Notes under the pieces: model-generated | The model's input: only the letters and a program-made list of their open reading frames with translations | Database searches by the model: none | Told to the model about the DNA's origin: nothing | Assembly: GCA_946965045.2 (NCBI GenBank) | Contig: OX337238.1 | Span: forward strand, 3,345,955-3,409,954 | Source of the DNA: Epithemia pelagica | Lineage: Eukaryota; Protista; Bacillariophyta | DNA: 64,000 bases | Reading direction: 5' to 3' | Part shown: one piece after another, positions 34,915 through 44,881 of the stretch | How positions within the stretch are numbered: the first letter of the stretch is position 1 | Layout: each line of letters begins with the position of its first letter | Made by a program: the position numbers and the translations under genes

Positions 34915-37900
34915 CCAAGAAATCCTTCCTCCGAGACACTGCCCGGTGCCCGACTGCCCATGGCAAGTGCCTCCACAATCCAACAAACCACATGCGTCCC
35001 TCAAGGAGCATCTCATCACCACCCACGGGGAAACAAACCCCTCCGACTACATGACCACCAAATACTGCAGCCAACATGGGTTCCACTTGTGTCAAGAATG
35101 TGACACACCGACGACAATATTCACAACACAAGGACACCTAAGAACACACATAACAAAAAAACATACTAGAAGTAAAACAAACATGCAACTAGTCCTTACA
35201 ACCTACCGGAATACAACGCCAGAGATCGAAAACAACTGGAAGCAAAGCCTTGCCTTCCTGAACCAACTTCGCCCAAGCCCGCCCCCGTTCAGACGGTCCA
35301 TATGGCACAAGACCAAACCCCCACTCAGGTCAGAATTTTATGTCACGTATAACAACGTGATAAAATGGGTCCTCGAATCAACGCCGACGTTGGCCCCAGC
35401 AATCCTCCGTGATCACACACTACCCAAACACGACACCGACTCCAGCCCCTTCTGGAAGCTTTTGCTCCTCCTGGAACCATTACTGTTGGCCCCCATCCAA
35501 AACACCGTCCACTTGACATACTCCAACGCTTTCCGTGCCAGACTTTCCCTGCTCAAAACAGGAAGAATCGAGGAACTCTACAACACAATTTGGCACCCAA
35601 CACCACTGCCGCTTCAACCACAAAACAGACAACACAAGAAAAAACGACAACAGAAACAACGACTGAACACCCACAGCGACGGTCCAAACCTTCCACAGTG
35701 GAGACTCACCGCGGCCCAACACACCGCCGACCTGGGAAACTACCGAGCAGCACTCAAAAGACTGACGACGAATACTCCAACAGCAACCTTAACCCCACCA
35801 AGAATTGCAAGATGTCAGACAGAACTTTTCCCAAAACGACGACAACCACCACCTGGTACACGAGCACAAGGCCACACCAACTTACCGCCACCAACAAACC
35901 AATACCTGAAGCTCGAAGACAACATGACCGAACTAGCACTCCGACAAATGAAACCCGGAACGGCATCGGGACCGTTCGCCACATGCACAGACATACTAGC
36001 CGCAATGGCATTACATCGAACAACACGAGCGAAAGACGCCACCAAGCCATACTTCGGAAACATAAAAGCTCTTCTCCAACTGGTGGTGACCGCTCAGGTA
36101 CCTCCACCGATACAAACATTGCTTGCCAGCAATTATTTCTTGGCGCTGCACAAAGACATCACCAACCCAGAAAAATTACGACCGATCGGAATTGGAACGG
36201 CGATTCGAAGAGTTGCCGCCAAAACAGCTCTCGTCCATATGACGGACGACATCACGCCACTTCTCCTCAAGGGCGGACAATATGGGATCCAAATCCCAGG
36301 CGGGGTCGACTTTGTCGCCCAGACAACCGCCATGGCGGTCCGGGAATACATCGACAAACACACAGACAACCAAAACACACCAACCGACGATCACAATGAC
36401 GACCAAAACAACACAAAAACAGCAACAAACTCCCCAAGCCGAGCTCTGATTTTGCTTGACTTGACTAACATGTTCAATAACGTGTCGCGCACCGAAGCAC
36501 GACGAATTCTCTTGTCAGAGGACGCGACTTGCCCCCTAGTCCCGATCTTTGACCTTCTTACCAACCATCCTTGCGACTCGTGGTACTTCAACGAAAACCA
36601 CGAACCACATACACTGCAACAAGAAGAGGGATTCCCACAAGGGTGCCCACTTAGCCCATTGTTCTCGTGCTTAGTCCTTCTAGCACTCACGAACCAGTTA
36701 AACAAAGAACAAGCAAAACGTGCATCAACAAGAAAACAGTCAGGAGACATCGGAGACGATAACAAAGGTGGTGTCGCTCATACGGCCTCGATAATGGACG
36801 ACACATCCGTTTGTCTACCTCATTGTGACCTACCTTGGTTCCTCTCCCGCTTCCAAGAGCTTGGAGCTCCGCTCGGGATCATCCTCAATCACTCCAAAAC
36901 CAAAATATTAACAACGACCACCGGCAACACGGCCTGCGACACATTGCCCCGCCGAGCACAACAAAAAGTCCAGGAAGCACTATCCTTCCTCTGCCCCGAA
37001 GAACCAGAACGGGCCGAAATCACCACAGGAGTCCGTTTCCTCGGACAGCCCATCGGCTCCCACGTTTTTGCCAAACAATACATCAGAGAACGGTTAGACA
37101 AACTGGTCGACACAATGGATCGCATCAGCCAACTCCAAAACTTACAGACACAACACACGCTGTACAAATTCTCTTTGGTTGCATCAATCATGCATTTGCT
37201 CCCATCCGACATCACCCTTGCCAATCCCGCAGGCGATCAACGATCAACAATGTGGGACAGCGACACCACGAGACGAACCGACAAACTGACAGCACGCTTC
37301 CTCGCCCGTCTCACCTCCACCAGAGACACGGACGTCAACGAAACAGCGATAATTATTGCGTCACTCCCTCAACGCCTAGGAGGCCTTGGTTACCAAATGG
37401 CCTCCTCCGCAGCATACCCGCGATTTCTCACTCAGACCGTGAGAGCCATCAAACTTGCGTCGTCCACAGACACACCAATTCCACACGTCCACAGCCGGCC
37501 CTTCCTCAACTGGGAAGACTCCACCACATCAACCATGACCAAATTCCGTAAAGGCCTCTCGCTTTTTGCCCACGAACTGGCAGACAAAGCTCTTTATACC
37601 CCATCTCGGTATGACAAACACACACACAACAGTATGATGAACCACATCATGAGAGAACACGCAATCGCAAGACTGTTCACGATAACAGACGCCAACCAAC
37701 GCATCTTCTTACCTTCATTGCTCTCCCCACTCACAAGCATGGTCTTTTCTCTGCCGTTGACAGCCTCCGAATTCCGACTTGAGAACGCGGTCTTCAAAAC
37801 GGCAATGAAGAGAAAATTACGTCTACCAGTTTTCTCCCAAGACCCCAACCAACCGGCTCCTCATTCTTGCAAATGTGCCAAGAAAACCATACTCGACGCA

Positions 37901-38821
37901 CACGGGGACCACTTGTTTTCGTGCAGCGCCGCCTCAAAGACTCCCCTATCGAACGCGATCAGAGACACCCTTTTTGATGTCCTGCGCCAAATAGCACCCG
38001 CAGCAAAAACAGTGGACACAAGTCTGGATGTCCATATAGAACCGCCTGGATTGGCTCCTCAGCACAACCGAAACATCCGACCGGCGGACGTCGGTATGCT
38101 CCTTCGACAACCACACCGAAACCAGCACTTTCGATACGCCGCTATCGATATAACAGTCCCCCCTCCACAGAAACCACTGCCCATCCTGGACCCGTCTGAC
38201 CACGAAAACATTGCCTGTATGGCCTCCAAGACGCACCAGGACGCAGCGCGTGACAAATTCTGCCGAGACCCCACCACTGCACAACACCTCTACGACAACG
38301 GGGTATACCTCCTCCCCTTTACGGTCGATCACCTCGGAGGCTTAGGTTCTTTCGCTGAACACCTGCTTTTCCCCAGTGAACACCAACCACACCTCTTTCA
38401 TCCGGGCAAACCGCCCACGTGGGACGACCCACACTTCGGAAAAAACAGTCTTCGCAGCAGTGCACACCCACAAGCCTTCGCACTCTTTCAGGAAACCACT
38501 CACGCCCCGGCCAATCTTCTCACCGCAGCCAACAAAGAGACAAAAAGATTTTGCTACCCAGAAGCCCATCTATACTCAATGGGTCACTTTGCCAAGGCAT
38601 CCCTCAGCCACGCCATCGTCACAAGCTTGGCAATCCATGTCAACAACCACATGACAGCCATCCACCAATATCACACCGCCCGACAGAAACGAACAACCCA
38701 ATTGCAAAATCTTTCACGGCCATTTTTTGCACCTATAACTCCAATATACTCCCCGGCCAGCATGGAACACTACATGCCCACCGCGGCAACCGCCCCACTT
38801 CTCTGCGAACTCGCCGCTTAG
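34907..38821 (+). CDS. Retrotransposon ORF2: 2x C2H2 zinc finger, RT, CCHC and restriction-like endonuclease
   Basis: CPVPDC...H...H and CQEC...H...H fingers, LRPIGIGTAIRR, GFPQGCPLSP, IMDD, CKC...HLFSC, and RPADV...AAIDITV. Confidence 0.93.
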   Translation: MSNQEILPPRHCPVPDCPWQVPPQSNKPHASLKEHLITTHGETNPSDYMTTKYCSQHGFHLCQECDTPTTIFTTQGHLRTHITKKHTRSKTNMQLVLTTYRNTTPEIENNWKQSLAFLNQLRPSPPPFRRSIWHKTKPPLRSEFYVTYNNVIKWVLESTPTLAPAILRDHTLPKHDTDSSPFWKLLLLLEPLLLAPIQNTVHLTYSNAFRARLSLLKTGRIEELYNTIWHPTPLPLQPQNRQHKKKRQQKQRLNTHSDGPNLPQWRLTAAQHTADLGNYRAALKRLTTNTPTATLTPPRIARCQTELFPKRRQPPPGTRAQGHTNLPPPTNQYLKLEDNMTELALRQMKPGTASGPFATCTDILAAMALHRTTRAKDATKPYFGNIKALLQLVVTAQVPPPIQTLLASNYFLALHKDITNPEKLRPIGIGTAIRRVAAKTALVHMTDDITPLLLKGGQYGIQIPGGVDFVAQTTAMAVREYIDKHTDNQNTPTDDHNDDQNNTKTATNSPSRALILLDLTNMFNNVSRTEARRILLSEDATCPLVPIFDLLTNHPCDSWYFNENHEPHTLQQEEGFPQGCPLSPLFSCLVLLALTNQLNKEQAKRASTRKQSGDIGDDNKGGVAHTASIMDDTSVCLPHCDLPWFLSRFQELGAPLGIILNHSKTKILTTTTGNTACDTLPRRAQQKVQEALSFLCPEEPERAEITTGVRFLGQPIGSHVFAKQYIRERLDKLVDTMDRISQLQNLQTQHTLYKFSLVASIMHLLPSDITLANPAGDQRSTMWDSDTTRRTDKLTARFLARLTSTRDTDVNETAIIIASLPQRLGGLGYQMASSAAYPRFLTQTVRAIKLASSTDTPIPHVHSRPFLNWEDSTTSTMTKFRKGLSLFAHELADKALYTPSRYDKHTHNSMMNHIMREHAIARLFTITDANQRIFLPSLLSPLTSMVFSLPLTASEFRLENAVFKTAMKRKLRLPVFSQDPNQPAPHSCKCAKKTILDAHGDHLFSCSAASKTPLSNAIRDTLFDVLRQIAPAAKTVDTSLDVHIEPPGLAPQHNRNIRPADVGMLLRQPHRNQHFRYAAIDITVPPPQKPLPILDPSDHENIACMASKTHQDAARDKFCRDPTTAQHLYDNGVYLLPFTVDHLGGLGSFAEHLLFPSEHQPHLFHPGKPPTWDDPHFGKNSLRSSAHPQAFALFQETTHAPANLLTAANKETKRFCYPEAHLYSMGHFAKASLSHAIVTSLAIHVNNHMTAIHQYHTARQKRTTQLQNLSRPFFAPITPIYSPASMEHYMPTAATAPLLCELAA

Positions 38822-39699
38822 AAGTTCCCCCAAACACTAGAGCGTAAAATAAGAAATATAAAACAGAAAAAAATGGACCGACTGGGACGGTGTGTTCGCG
38901 TCCATCTCTCCCAAGCTTTTCAACCATCCGATGAATTGCGAAACTACTCTACAGCAATCGTTCCGCCGTCCTTACCATACTTACATGTGAAACAATACGA
39001 GACAGAAAACAAGAGCCAAGAAAATCTGGCCAAAAATCTGGCCAACGTTCTGGTGCACGATGGACGGCCATATCATCACAACATGCATTGCGCAACTTTG
39101 CAGCAATCGTACCGCCACGCCACATCATGGATGCCATGACTTTGGACGCTTTTCGCCGAACGAGTTTGCAATGATGTTGACAGCTCGGTCGACGAACTAC
39201 GACTGATATGTACATGATGCGTAAGGAACCAACAACCAGACAGACTGTGGAGCCTTCATTGCATGGTTGTATAATCCAACAACGACAACAGAACATCACC
39301 TCCATCACTGTTACGGGCATTCTCCGCATACGCTTCAAGGCCTGCAGCAACTGGATTGTCCTGTTTTAACAATGGCGGAAAAGAGAGACTTATTGCTTTG
39401 CCAGTACCACGACAACGACAGGGCACCGGTGATGCTGGACTCTGACCATTGATCAGCAGTACTAGCATCAGGATGGAACAACATAAGAGCGGTGCAAATC
39501 ACAACAGCTCGGTCGAAGCAACTGTCACGATTTGTCTCGTGACGAAAGCTCCTACCCCTCTTTGGTCCATCCATTTCGTCCAGTCAGTCGTGCTTCCAGT
39601 CCACACCCATCAGCATCACAAGCGCAGAGCAAACCTACCTGCCTCTTACAAGACAGTGTCTTGATCCCCATAAATTCTGAAGTCGAAAGGTTTGCAACC

Positions 39700-40899
39700 A
39701 TGACCATGACTCTGAAAGAACAAGCATGGCAGTCGGGTCTTGTCTTATCGGACAACACAGCAGAATGGAATGAAAACGATTGGCCTCCTCTTGAGGGTGG
39801 ATGGCGTGACTATCATGCTTCCGTCGTACTGAATCGTACAGATAACAACCAAGAACAAACCGTCGTCGTGTTGGGAGGTTACAGACAAGCCCCAGGTGCC
39901 ACGGATTCCGTTCTTGTATTGAATCTATCGGACCCAGACAAGCAGTGGCGAGAAGGACCATCCATGGACAAGACACGTGCTGGACATGCCGCTGTTGTGT
40001 GCAATGGCGGCGTGTACGTGATGGGAGGATACAATCGAGTAACTTTGGATTGTATTGAACGAATCGATGCCAATGATTTGCTCCAACCATCTTCGACATC
40101 AAGCAGCTCGAAGAAGAGCCATTGGACGACATTGAAATGTCGTTTATCAACGCCACGATGGGAATCTGGTGCTGTTGCGGTTCACAACCGATATATTGTT
40201 GTAATTGGTGGTTATGACGGTAGTCGAACGTTGCCGTCGGTGGATATTATTGATACCAGGCACCACACTGTCACTGCGGGACCAATCATGGCTGTTCCTC
40301 GATCATTTTGTGCTAGTGTGGTCATTGGTAACCGCATCTTCTCCGTTGGAGGCCAAAACGAGACTGGCCGTCTTGACTCGGTTGAGTACGTGGACTATGC
40401 AACGGCCCGTGACAATGATGAGACAAAAAAGGAGACTGGTTCAACATTCATTTCCTTATCCTCCACCTGGACCACTCATTCGGAGTTGAGGCTTTCCAAT
40501 GCACGAAGTCCTTGTGCAGTGGTTGCCGTGGGATCTTGTCTGGTTGTGGCGGGACGACCCAGTCGAACCATCGAAGTCTTGGATACGCATCACAACCGCA
40601 TGTGGAATCTCCCTGGACTGCAAGAAGAACGATGGGGCTGCAGTATGGTCACTGTTACCAATCACGTTGCCGTGATCGGCGGATGGTACAATCCGACCTG
40701 CGCGACATTGCCACTAATGGACAAGAATACATGGTGTTTTCGTCGACTCTGTGAGCAGCAGCCCAACGGATGGCGCCAGCTCCGGGATGGAATGGATATC
40801 GGACATGTTCCTATTTCACGCTTTTCCACCTCGACATCAGCTCATAAACGAGCAAGGCGCGATACACGCCGTGGTGATGAAGACAAGGATGAAACTTGA
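39700..40899 (+). CDS. Kelch-repeat protein K5
   Basis: Intact six-blade ORF; ATG at 39700. Confidence 0.9.
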   Translation: MTMTLKEQAWQSGLVLSDNTAEWNENDWPPLEGGWRDYHASVVLNRTDNNQEQTVVVLGGYRQAPGATDSVLVLNLSDPDKQWREGPSMDKTRAGHAAVVCNGGVYVMGGYNRVTLDCIERIDANDLLQPSSTSSSSKKSHWTTLKCRLSTPRWESGAVAVHNRYIVVIGGYDGSRTLPSVDIIDTRHHTVTAGPIMAVPRSFCASVVIGNRIFSVGGQNETGRLDSVEYVDYATARDNDETKKETGSTFISLSSTWTTHSELRLSNARSPCAVVAVGSCLVVAGRPSRTIEVLDTHHNRMWNLPGLQEERWGCSMVTVTNHVAVIGGWYNPTCATLPLMDKNTWCFRRLCEQQPNGWRQLRDGMDIGHVPISRFSTSTSAHKRARRDTRRGDEDKDET

Positions 40900-43800
40900 A
40901 GCGGGCATCACGTTGCATTAATGTCCTACAATGGTGAAACTATCATATAATCATTTTGATCTCAAACAGTTTCTTATTATCTGATACCTGTGGAATTATC
41001 ATGTGAATCATGTCATATGGCATGTCCGGGAGAACGCGACTGGTCCGAAACAATGTTATGGATTCTGTGGAGTTTTGCTCTGTGTTGAGTGCTATTGTCG
41101 TATTGTTGTGGGCAGTCCCTGCGGTATTTCTCCGTTGCGAGTAATACTTCCTCGCACCACCCGTTTCCATCCTCAGAATGCATAATCTCCTTGTCCACAT
41201 GACAGGGAGACACTCTCGTGACTGGAGACAGACCGAGGCGCGCTATGCTCGGAGCTACCGGATCTAACCCAGCATCCATGACGGTGAGCGTTTGCTGTAG
41301 CTACGGTTGATTGTTTTCTTGCCGTGACAAAGTGGTGACCGGAACAGGGGTCAATGCTTCGGACGTTAATGGAAAAAAAGGGTTGTGGGCAAGTAAAAGT
41401 CTGGGAAACCTTGTGTAGGACCGCCTGAACACCCACACTATGTTCCCGAGCGAGTGGAATTCAACACCCACCAAGAATCGGACATCTACACCATGGCCAA
41501 ATCGGATGCCAGGTCAGCGAGACGTTTTACCTGGAACACGGCAAACTCAAAAGGTTCGGTGATGATTGTCAGTTAGAACCCAAAAACGCGCGGTGGAATT
41601 TGACCAATTCGATTAGTACCCAATGTGAGATCTTGTCCATCTTGCTTCTGGGCGGTGAAGAGAGCGGCGTAGCATCCCAATTCCCGAGTGCCGCATGGTC
41701 TTCAGCGGTATTCAATCGTGCAACAATGTGTGGCGGCTATATAGCATATTCTCCAGTGTTTGAAAGTCGCTGCTGGCATCAAGTTGCAGATGGGTCCACC
41801 GGCAAACACGATATGCATCCAAACGTTCAGCGTCGTCTTTGAAAACGGTCATTGGTTGAAAGATATTGAAAGAGATACCGACAAAGAAGAACCAATGTCA
41901 CGCCTGTCCAACGAGCAAGGGTAGCTTGAGAGGTCACTATTACATTACCGCTCCGACCTCAGCCACTGAAAGAAAATTCATGCCTTTGCCCGCTCTTGTA
42001 CACAACGTCTTGGTGTGGTTGTTCTTCCTCATGGTTGTCCCACAAAGATCGAATGCTTACACCGGGGCGAATACTGGTGGGAGGAGGACAGTGCGGAGGG
42101 GCACACGAGATCAAAACAATTGAATTGACCAGTGTTCGAACGAATCGATATGACGGATGCGAGAGTCATGGAATGGTTCTGCAAGGGAATGGTCGGCGGT
42201 GGCCAGTACACGGGTGGAGGCCAAGAGCAACCAGAACAAGAACGACCAGAACAACGAGTTGCACCAAAGCCCACGAATCGGACAATGCTTCATCACCACC
42301 ATCATCCTGCTTTCCCTGTTTCTTGGTTCGAACGAGACTGCGAAAACCCCCCAGTCAATTCGAATCAACAGCAATTAGATGATGACAATGATGCGAGACA
42401 TTGGTGTTTGACCGCATCGTCTCGTTCCATCTAGTTTGTTCCGTTTTGGGTGTTGGTTCTCTGGTGTTTTGTTTTCCTTCTCCCAGCAAGCCCAACGAGA
42501 CGACACTGCGTCACATCCTCCCCAACATCTACTATTGCCCTCACAATTGCCTGTTTCAATGACTGGTGGGGAGTGGGGGAAGATGACTGTGATTCCGCAC
42601 GATCCCATATCCGTGACTGGTTGGGAAAGGTGCGTCGGAAGAAGAGAAACGAGTAATTTGGGGGGGGGGGGGGTTACAGTGAGTGCACCCTGGATCTTCA
42701 CCGCTGGGGATAAGTCCGAACCCATCAGCAATCACAGGTTCCAAAAACGCCCACGATACTCCCAAGAAGGATGCGTGCTCTTCTTCATCGCGTTGATACG
42801 GTCACGATTTGTCTCGTAACCCATCCATTTCGTCAAGATAGTCGTCGTGCTTCCAGTCCACACCCATCAACATCACAACGAAAGGAGCAGAGCAAACCTA
42901 CGTGCGTCAAGACAGTGTCTCGATCCCCATAAATTCTGCAGTCATTGTTTAGAACCATGACCACGACACTGAAAGAACAAGCACGACAGCGGGCGTTGTC
43001 TTATCGGACGAGCCACCTGAATGGAATCTCGAGGACTGGCCTCCTCTTGAGGGTGGATGGCGTTACTATCATGCTTCGGTCGTACTGAATCCTACCGATA
43101 ACAATAAGGAGCAAACCGTCGTCGTGTTGGGCGGATATTAACCAGGTCAAGGCGAGCTAGATTCCATTCTTGTCTTAAACTTGGCAGTATCAAACAAGCA
43201 GTGGCGCGAAGGGCCACGCATGAACCAGAAACGTGACGGACATGCCGCTGTTGTGTGCAATGGAGGCATTTACGTGATGGGAGGAGACAATGGAGGTTCA
43301 GATTTGAATTGCATGGAACGAATCGACGCCAATGATTTGCTTCGATCATCTTTGACAACCACCACCACGCATGAGAGCAGTTGGACGGCATTGACATGTC
43401 GCTTATCAACGCATCGATTTGGATGTTGTGCTGTTGCGGTTCACAACCGATACATCGTTGTAATGGGTGGCCATAACAACGATGGTTATTTGTCGTCGGT
43501 GGATATTATAGATACAAACAACCACACTGTCACTGCGGGACCATCCATGACTGTTCCACGACAATTTTGTGCCAGTGCGGTCATTGGCTACCTTTATCAC
43601 TCGTCGTCGTGCCCTTCCCCACTCACTGAGGAGTGGGTCACTCGCCACACTCACACAACCTAAGCCCCAAAACTTACTGTAAATGGACATTTTTATTTCG
43701 TGTAGTAATGTAGAATAGCCCGGGAAAGGAAAAAGTAGGTGTTGGTTGTTGGTGCATCATTCGGAGTGGGAAATTGGGAACATTGACTCTAAGTATTCTG

Positions 43801-44100
43801 TTTGAGTATTTAAAGAACAAGCACGCCTCGGAGTTTGATTGGCATGCAATAAATGTTGGAGGAATGATAATCCGACATTGAGCGTTAAAAGTCATCCGAT
43901 ATGGTTGTATGTGATCCCTTAAGTGACGGGGTTATTTACAAGGGATTAAAGATTACCTAGTGCGCCATCATGTGCAGGGCCAGCGTAAGTCTGTAAGACT
44001 AATTAGGCTCACGACTACTAAGTATACATTAAGAGTACCGATCACTTAGGAAGACCGAAAAATACCAAAGGCGCGCTGGCACGACTCCTCGTGACAAAGG

Positions 44101-44310
44101 ACTTTAATAGCCCCGGGGGACTCCTCGTCGCAGGGCGCTCCTCGTGGCTTAACTCCTCGTCGGGCAATAGCTTCTCGTCGTGGACTGCCCCCTCAATCCG
44201 CTTACGCGGATCTCACAAGGGCAGTCCACTCCTCGTCGCTATTGCCCTTCTTGGAGCTAAGCCACTCCTCACACCCTAGCTCCTCCTCGTCCACCCTCAG
44301 CTATTAAAGT
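44101..44310 (-). ncRNA. Candidate structured RNA (rod with GNRA apical loop)
   Basis: Six or more nested stems. On the minus strand the apical loop is GUAA, and two A-C mismatches of the plus strand become G-U pairs. Confidence 0.45.
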
Positions 44311-44311
44311 A

Positions 44312-44881
44312 CTCCCTCCTGAAAGAAAATACTTCACGTTTTTTTTTGGTTATTTTAGTCGCATAAAAAGATTACGTAGGATCTGGTACAACTCTACAGG
44401 AGGACGGCCGGCTCATTCGGAGTATAAAAATTTTAGAATAATATGGGGGAACATATTGGTTGACATGCGTGAGTCTACACTATTATAGGAAAAGTACAAC
44501 TTTTGTGTGCGACGAGTGAGCAGAACCATGGCCAAAGGTGCCGTCGTTGACCATGGAATTCAGCATGGAAATGGCACGAATCTTGTCAGTTGCACGCATA
44601 TTCCTACTCTTTTATGCCTCGAGGGGCCGCCCTGAAGAGGACGTGTTTGGAGCCGCCATAGAAGTGTCAACCGGTGGGCTCTGAAGACCGATGCTCAAAA
44701 TCACGCCTTTTGAACAATCGTATCTCGTTCCAAAGCAAGAATCGAACATATAAATAATACACCAATATAGAGCTAATAAGTAGGGCTTTCTAACAAAAAA
44801 AAATTTATGGAAAAAGGACGTTCGCTCGTGAAAATATCGCTTTTTTGGTAAAATCGTGAAGTATTTTCTTTCAGGAGGGAG
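44312..44881. mobile_element. Stowaway-like (Tc1/mariner) MITE
   Basis: Perfect 27-bp TIRs CTCCCTCCTGAAAGAAAATACTTCACG (44312-44338 / 44855-44881) flanked by TA on both sides. Confidence 0.92.

Larger units (their letters stand above)
31517..38870 (+). mobile_element. CRE-clade non-LTR retrotransposon (RLE type), full length
   Basis: Two long ORFs, a short A-rich 3' tail, and AAATGGAC repeated at 31509-31516 and 38871-38878 (putative TSD; its A residues are ambiguous with the tail). Confidence 0.88.

Noticed and set aside
41974-42434. Poly-His peptide or plastid-targeted protein (paralog at 11700-12070)
   Set aside because: The signal-peptide-like start (…RSNA|YTG) is followed by in-frame stops, and the His run is in another frame. 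At best it is a decayed gene.
44084-44290. HDV-like ribozyme, because TCCTCG matches the HDV L3 loop
   Set aside because: None of the TCCTCGY copies is closed by a 3-bp P3 helix followed by P1, and they lie as internal loops of a rod rather than in a nested double pseudoknot.
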